A stretch of DNA of 55,220 bases. It comes from Dysgonamonadaceae bacterium. Lineage in GTDB: Bacteria > Bacteroidota > Bacteroidia > Bacteroidales > Dysgonomonadaceae. Below are positions 49,685 through 55,220 of the stretch, piece after piece (within the stretch, counting starts at the first letter, position 1; each line of letters opens with the position of its first letter). Position numbers and translations under genes: made by a program. Location of the stretch: NCBI GenBank assembly GCA_029264035.1, contig JARICS010000076.1, positions 1 to 55,220 on the forward strand, read 5' to 3'. The notes beneath the pieces are model-generated. The model made no database searches. It worked only from the letters and a program-made list of their open reading frames with translations, and was not told the DNA's origin.

Positions 49685-50878
49685 TTATTTAATTACCTCT
49701 AATTGACGAAATACTTTTGTGATTTTATCTACGGCTTCGTCTACTTGATCAATGGTGTGATTAGCCATTAGAGAAAAGCGTATGAGTGTATCTTCGGCAG
49801 TAACACCCGGAGGTACAACTGGATTTACAAAAACACCTTCTTCGAAAAGCATTTTAGTAATCAAAAATGTTTTATCATTGTCTCTCACATACAATGGGAT
49901 AATTGGAGTGGCAGTTTTACCAATTTCAAATCCGTTTTCTCTAAATCGCTTTAGAGAGTAGTCTGTAAGTTTCCAAAGATTTTCGACTCTTTCAGGTTCT
50001 GATTTAAGAATATCTAAAGCAGCAGAAGCCGCAGCTGTAGCGCTGGGTGTGATGCTTGCACTAAAAATATAAGGGCGAGAGTTGTGGCGTAAGAAATTTA
50101 TAGTTGTGCTATCGCTGGCAATAAATCCACCAATAGATGCCAAGGATTTACTAAATGTTCCCATCACTAAGTCGATGTCGTCAAGCACACCCATTTCTTC
50201 AGCCGATCCTTTTCCATTAAAGTTTTTGCCCATCACGCCAATACCGTGAGCTTCGTCAACCATTACGTTGGCATTGTACTTTTTTGCTAAACGAACTATT
50301 TCAGGAAGATTGGCAACATCGCCCTCCATGCTGAAAACACCATCTACAACAATGAGTTTTACTTTACCAGGGTGGCATTTAGTCAATTGTCGTTCAAGCG
50401 AAACCATATCGTTGTGACGAAACTTAAATTTCTTAGAAAAAGAGAGTCGTTGGCCTTCTATAATGGATGCGTGGTTCAATTCGTCCCAAATTATATAATC
50501 CTCTCTCCCTGTAATGCATGAGATAACCCCTTGATTTACATTAAAGCCTGTTGAGAAAACAATAGCTTCATCTTTTCGCACAAAGTTTGCGAGCTTTCGT
50601 TCCAGTTCAATATGAATATCAAGAGTTCCGTTTAGAAAGCGAGATCCAGCCATGCCCGACCCATATTTTCTGATAGCATCAATAGAAGCTTCTTTTACTT
50701 TTGGGTGATTTGTGAGTCCTAAATAAGAGTTAGACCCAAACATAAGAACCTTTCTCCCATTAATAGTAACTACTGTATCTTGGTCACTTTCTATAACTCG
50801 AAAGTAAGGATAGATGCCTGCAGCTTTAGCGCGTTGCGGAGCATCATATTTAAACATCTTTTCTTTAAGCAGATTCAT
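49685..50878 (-). CDS. spt: serine palmitoyltransferase-type alpha-oxoamine synthase (Bacteroidota sphingolipid pathway)
   Basis: 397 aa. From memory it is colinear with Bacteroides SPT (AAGIYPYFR, GSRFLNGT, VDGVFSMEGD, GTFSKSLASIGGF with the PLP Lys). Confidence 0.75.
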   Translation of the reverse strand: MNLLKEKMFKYDAPQRAKAAGIYPYFRVIESDQDTVVTINGRKVLMFGSNSYLGLTNHPKVKEASIDAIRKYGSGMAGSRFLNGTLDIHIELERKLANFVRKDEAIVFSTGFNVNQGVISCITGREDYIIWDELNHASIIEGQRLSFSKKFKFRHNDMVSLERQLTKCHPGKVKLIVVDGVFSMEGDVANLPEIVRLAKKYNANVMVDEAHGIGVMGKNFNGKGSAEEMGVLDDIDLVMGTFSKSLASIGGFIASDSTTINFLRHNSRPYIFSASITPSATAAASAALDILKSEPERVENLWKLTDYSLKRFRENGFEIGKTATPIIPLYVRDNDKTFLITKMLFEEGVFVNPVVPPGVTAEDTLIRFSLMANHTIDQVDEAVDKITKVFRQLEVIK

Positions 50879-51405
50879 CTTTTTTTTATTTCCTGTAAAT
50901 TACCTCAGATTTGTGTGTGAGAATAACAATTTAGATAATTAACCAATCTTCTTTTTGATACCAATCAATCAACAACTGACTCAAAACTAATATGCAAAGA
51001 TAACAATATTTTTTTGTGTGTGTAGTTACACACAATTTATTTCCACTTTTCCACTTTTCCATTATTGTGTATTGTAAATAAAAAAGGATTTCCCCTGGAA
51101 TTGTGTTTCTATTTAGTTGCTTCATTATTAACTCAATTGAGCAAGCTAAATAGTTTTGTATCTGCATCTTTTCTTCATTGTTTGGCTATTTTGAACATTC
51201 GTTCAATTTGCCTGTTTTATGCTCTTTCGTCAATAGTTTGATGTGAATCTGCTACAATTGCACAGCTTTTCAATTTTTTTCAAGTCGATTAAGTATAACT
51301 CTGAAAGCTGTTTGTTCTCAAACAAATTGGTTACGAACCTCTCCGATACCTTTTAGTAAGTGATTTCTCCTATTGATAAAAGTATCAAAATAGAGATAAA
51401 TATCA

Positions 51406-51413
51406 TATATTTG
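51406..51413 (+). promoter_or_regulatory. -7 promoter box TATATTTG for DPP-IV
   Basis: TAnnTTTG about 24 nt upstream of the ATG at 51437. Confidence 0.45.
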
Positions 51414-51436
51414 CAATTAAAATAATGAATTAATAT

Positions 51437-53596
51437 ATGAAAAAGTTTTATTTTCTTACTCTGCTTGTGTTTCTTGCTTTTAGTATAAGTGCACAACAAT
51501 ACGGATTGAAAGAAATTGTGGACGGAGTTTATAATCCACGAGGTGTAAAGTCAATGACCTCATCGGCCGATGGGTTACACTACTATCAAATGAACGAGCA
51601 GAACAATGCCGTTTTAAAATTTGAATATGCAACTGGCAATGTTGTTGATACTCTTTTCAGCACTCAAAATGCACGACAATCTTCTTTCGACACCTTTCAG
51701 GGGTTTCTTGTAAGTCCCGACGAGTTTAGAGTAGTTGTATATAAAGATAAAGAACAAATTTATCGTCATTCTTTCAAAGCAACTTACTACTATTACGATG
51801 TGCGTCGAAATTTGGTGAGAAGACTTACCGAAAATGATTCAAAACAAATGATACCAACATTTTCTCCCGATGGCAAAATGTTGGCCTATGTAGCTGATAA
51901 TAATATATGGTTGGCCAAATTTGATTTTGACACTGAACTACAAATTACAAAAGATGGTGAGTTCAACAAGATTATAAACGGTGCTACAGATTGGGTTTAT
52001 GAAGAAGAGTTTGCTGTGACTCGTCTGATGGACTTTTCTCCCGACAATCAGCTATTGGCATTTGTGAAAACAGATGAGTCAGAAGTGCGAGAGTTTTCAT
52101 TTCAACAGTTCGACAATCAGCTCTATCCAGATTCATACACCTACAAATATCCAAAGGCAGGAGAGAAAAACTCTTCAGTGGCCTGCTTTGTATATGATAT
52201 TGCTGCTCAAACAACTAGAAAGATGGATGTTCCTTTGGATGATGATGGTTATATGCCACGCATCTCTTTCACACAAGATGAAACTAAACTGGCTGTGATG
52301 ACACTCAATCGTAATCAGAACAGGTTTGATATGTATATCACAAACCCAAGAAGCACTGTATCTAAATTGATATTACGCGATGAGAATAAATATTATATCG
52401 ACTCCGATTTCTTGAAATCGATTCATTTCCTACCCAATCAGTTTACATACATATCCGAAAAGGATGGTTATAGCCACATATATATATATGCACTTTCGGG
52501 CTCATTGCAAAAGCAACTCACAACGGGTAACTTCGATGTTACAAGTTTGCTTGCCGTAGATTCATCAAATGGCACTGTTTTTTATCAAGCAGCCGATGAG
52601 AGTCCTTTACGCCGAAACATTTACAAAGCAACCATCGATAAAGGCGTTACCACAAAGATATCTGCTAATTCCGGGTTTAATTCAGCTACATTTAGTAGCA
52701 ATGGCAAGTTTTACATCAATAATTGGTCTAACACTGTTACACCTTCTATTGTAACCATGCATAATTCAAGTGGTAAACTACTGCGAACATTGCAAGACAA
52801 TCAGGACGTAGCTCAAAGAGTTGCTCAAGCTCGTTTCCCTAAGAAAGAATTTATAACATTGCCTGCTGCTGATGGTACAACTCAGCTCAATGGATGGATA
52901 ATAAAACCATCATCATTTAATAAGTCCAAGCAATATCCAGTTGTGATGGTACAATACTCTGGACCTAACTCCCAGCAGGTTCTTGACAAATTTGGTGTAG
53001 ATTGGTATTATGCATTGGCCGAACAGGGTTTCATAATAGTATCTGTAGATGGCAGAGGAACAGCAGCAAGAGGTGAAGCTTTCAGGAAGCAAACTTACCT
53101 CAATCTTGGATTAATAGAATCTGACGATCAAGTTGCAGCTGCAAGATATTTTGCATCACTACCTTATGTAGATGGAAGCAAGATAGGTATATGGGGTTGG
53201 AGCTATGGAGGTTATAATGTTCTTATGAGTATGAGCAGAGGAGATGGAGCTTTCAAAGCTGGTGTAGCTATAGCGCCAGTTACTGATTGGCGATTTTATG
53301 ATACTGTATATACAGAGCGATTTATGAGAACACCTCAGCAGAATGCTGCAGGATATGACACTGGATCGGCCATTGAATTAGCCGATATGTTGCAAGGCAA
53401 TTTATTGCTGATTCACGGAACAACTGATGACAATGTGCATGTTCAGAACACTATGGAATATACACGAGCCCTCATTAATGCAGATAAACAATTTGACATG
53501 TTTATTTTCCCCGATAAGAATCACTTTATTAATGGAGGTAACGTTAGAATGTATCTTTACAATAAAGTAATTGATTTCTACAAAAAGAACTTGTAG
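51437..53596 (+). CDS. dipeptidyl-peptidase IV (S9B prolyl peptidase)
   Basis: 719 aa with a signal peptide, beta-propeller and catalytic GWSYGG ... DDNVH. Confidence 0.9.
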   Translation: MKKFYFLTLLVFLAFSISAQQYGLKEIVDGVYNPRGVKSMTSSADGLHYYQMNEQNNAVLKFEYATGNVVDTLFSTQNARQSSFDTFQGFLVSPDEFRVVVYKDKEQIYRHSFKATYYYYDVRRNLVRRLTENDSKQMIPTFSPDGKMLAYVADNNIWLAKFDFDTELQITKDGEFNKIINGATDWVYEEEFAVTRLMDFSPDNQLLAFVKTDESEVREFSFQQFDNQLYPDSYTYKYPKAGEKNSSVACFVYDIAAQTTRKMDVPLDDDGYMPRISFTQDETKLAVMTLNRNQNRFDMYITNPRSTVSKLILRDENKYYIDSDFLKSIHFLPNQFTYISEKDGYSHIYIYALSGSLQKQLTTGNFDVTSLLAVDSSNGTVFYQAADESPLRRNIYKATIDKGVTTKISANSGFNSATFSSNGKFYINNWSNTVTPSIVTMHNSSGKLLRTLQDNQDVAQRVAQARFPKKEFITLPAADGTTQLNGWIIKPSSFNKSKQYPVVMVQYSGPNSQQVLDKFGVDWYYALAEQGFIIVSVDGRGTAARGEAFRKQTYLNLGLIESDDQVAAARYFASLPYVDGSKIGIWGWSYGGYNVLMSMSRGDGAFKAGVAIAPVTDWRFYDTVYTERFMRTPQQNAAGYDTGSAIELADMLQGNLLLIHGTTDDNVHVQNTMEYTRALINADKQFDMFIFPDKNHFINGGNVRMYLYNKVIDFYKKNL

Positions 53597-53618
53597 CCTT
53601 AAAAAGCTTCACTCTGTT

Positions 53619-53664
53619 TCACTATTCATCAGCTATTCTATTTTGGATGGCCGATGAATAGTGA
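53619..53664 (+). terminator. hairpin after DPP-IV (12-bp perfect arms)
   Basis: TCACTATTCATC ... GATGAATAGTGA with a 22-nt loop and no clean T-run. Confidence 0.4.
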
Positions 53665-53676
53665 ATAGTGAATAGT
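53656..53676 (+). repeat. 3 x 7-bp tandem repeat GAATAGT
   Basis: Read directly from the sequence. It overlaps the 3' arm of the preceding hairpin. Confidence 0.8.
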
Positions 53677-54008
53677 GAAGTATTCAATTTATTAAAGGGA
53701 TTTTTTTAATTTTTTTTTCTGCTGGAATTAAAAAAAGCCATATTCTAAGAAAATGTTTTATTGAATAATTATTTTTTCAAGAGTGGTAAGAGGCTGTTGT
53801 GTATAGTGTGTTTATGATATTAGAATCTTAGGCATAGGTTAGATCATATACATCGTGAGCGTATTTCCCATTTGTTCTAAACAATACATAGCCGTTGTTG
53901 TTATTAAGAAGTCTACATTATAAAACAATTTATGATTACGTGTCTTTCACATGTAATTTTTTGTTTAATCTGTATTTTATGAATAGATAGCTTTATCACA
54001 AATAATAT

Positions 54009-55109
54009 ATGCCAACCAATAATATAATAAAACGAATATTTACCAATCCTGCTTTAGGGTTGATACCTTATTTAATTTTCTCTATTTTAATAGGCCAAAT
54101 TAATACCCTTGTTGCTTTTGGAATAGGATTTGTTTTATCTATAGCCCCTTTTCTTTTCGGTATGCGCAAAGAAATGCGTGTTCTTTATGATGTCTCAGCA
54201 TGGAGTTTTCTCATTGCTACTTTAGTATTACTCCTTTTAGGTCCAGATTTCTATCCTCAACATTCGTTCATTCTTGCAGAAATATCTTTGGTGTTTTCTC
54301 TTATGATATTTAGGTTGTCACGCAAAAGCTTGATAAAAAGAATTGGCAGAAAACAAAAAGGAGAAAAAAAGTTTTATCTCTATGAGTCATTTCAGGTTGC
54401 ATTTCAAGCCCAATATGCTCTATCCTTTCATTTACTTATTATATTAGGATTTCGTATTTTCTATACTGCGAACTATCCTATGCTTGACATTGTGCTTATC
54501 TTAAATTTGTTTCAAGGCATTCTTGCCACAATCATTGTTTTAGAGGCTTTGAGATTAAGGTTACTTACTAAGCGTTTACAAGGAGAAGAGTGGTTGCCTG
54601 TTATAAACGAAAGTGGTGTAGTGCAGGGTAAGATTGCCAAATCAGTTTCTATAAATCTAAAAAACCAGTTTCTTCATCCTTTAGTTCGTGTTGCCCTTAT
54701 TTATGATGGTAAGTTATACCTTAAAAATAGGGATGAGTCAAGGCTTCTTGATCCTGAAAAATTGGATTATCCATTTGAAAAATATATGCAATACAAGCAT
54801 AACATAGAACAAACTATTAAAAGCTTATTGAGAAAAGAGATTAAAACTGATAAATTACCTGTGAGATTTCTATTGAAATATGTATTTGAAAATGAAAACA
54901 CTAAAAGACTTATCTTTTTATATGTATCTACTATTACATCAGAAAAAGCGTTTAATGAGTTGCAGCTGCATGGGGGAAAGCTATGGACTACTAATCAGAT
55001 TGAAGATAATGTAGGTAGTAATATTTTCTCAGAGTGTTTCGAGCTTGAGTTTGAATATTTGAAAAATACGGTATTAATGCTTGATATGCCTATCAGGAAG
55101 GGAAGCTAA
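54009..55109 (+). CDS. hypothetical polytopic membrane protein with a C-terminal Nudix-fold-like domain that lacks a recognisable Nudix box
   Basis: 366 aa. Residues ~1-190 carry 5-6 hydrophobic helices. The C-terminal half resembles Bacteroidota Nudix/IDI-like proteins from memory (EEWLPVINESGVVQGK..., ...IFSECFELEF) but has no GX5EX7REUXEEXGU motif. Confidence 0.5.
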   Translation: MPTNNIIKRIFTNPALGLIPYLIFSILIGQINTLVAFGIGFVLSIAPFLFGMRKEMRVLYDVSAWSFLIATLVLLLLGPDFYPQHSFILAEISLVFSLMIFRLSRKSLIKRIGRKQKGEKKFYLYESFQVAFQAQYALSFHLLIILGFRIFYTANYPMLDIVLILNLFQGILATIIVLEALRLRLLTKRLQGEEWLPVINESGVVQGKIAKSVSINLKNQFLHPLVRVALIYDGKLYLKNRDESRLLDPEKLDYPFEKYMQYKHNIEQTIKSLLRKEIKTDKLPVRFLLKYVFENENTKRLIFLYVSTITSEKAFNELQLHGGKLWTTNQIEDNVGSNIFSECFELEFEYLKNTVLMLDMPIRKGS

Positions 55110-55220
55110 ATATTTATTAGAATAAATTTATCAGTATTTGAGAATCATCTGTTGTGACACAGAAATACACACAATCTAGCATTCAATTTTTTCTTTCATG
55201 AAAAAAAACTTTCACAAATG

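Noticed and set aside
50931-51167. 78-aa ORF in the SPT / DPP-IV spacer, and the 73-aa ORF at 14405-14626.
   Set aside because: There are no promoter or translation-initiation signals and no recognisable domains. One overlaps the ferritin terminator and 3' end, and the other spans palindromic, repeat-rich noncoding DNA.

Overview
This 55.2-kb window looks like chromosomal DNA from a low-GC Bacteroidota (Bacteroidales-like) genome. The phylum call is an inference from four things: TAnnTTTG -7 promoter boxes ahead of many genes, an rseC-rnfBCDGEA operon, a Bacteroides-type serine palmitoyltransferase, and the rpsU-recombinase-hpf / tRNA-tuf / secE-nusG-rplKAJL-rpoBC gene order. Almost everything is core housekeeping. 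In order: feoAB plus its Cys-rich partner, class I fumarase, a GH2 beta-galactosidase, rlmD, ferritin, the Rnf complex, the translation/transcription cluster, oxyR, a pyrD-like gene, yggS, a TonB-dependent receptor, pncA, a Tat-signal dipeptide epimerase with an NlpC/P60 peptidase, guaB, a 2-Cys peroxiredoxin, SPT and DPP-IV. I found no CRISPR array, transposase, prophage or recognisable defence genes. One thing is not explained by standard annotation. Two ORF-less, colinear, diverged copies of a ~0.74-kb element lie in inverted orientation at ~9503-10240 and ~46140-46878, each filling an unusually long (~1 kb) intergenic gap. They share near-identical sequence islands, and each carries three copies of a ~30-nt TCCAC-N4-GTGGA-type motif. 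Copy 1 is followed by a diverged duplicate of the 3' end and terminator of the upstream gene, an integration-like footprint. All alignments were done by eye. No database search, folding or statistics were possible, and hand-counted coordinates may be off by 1-2 nt.
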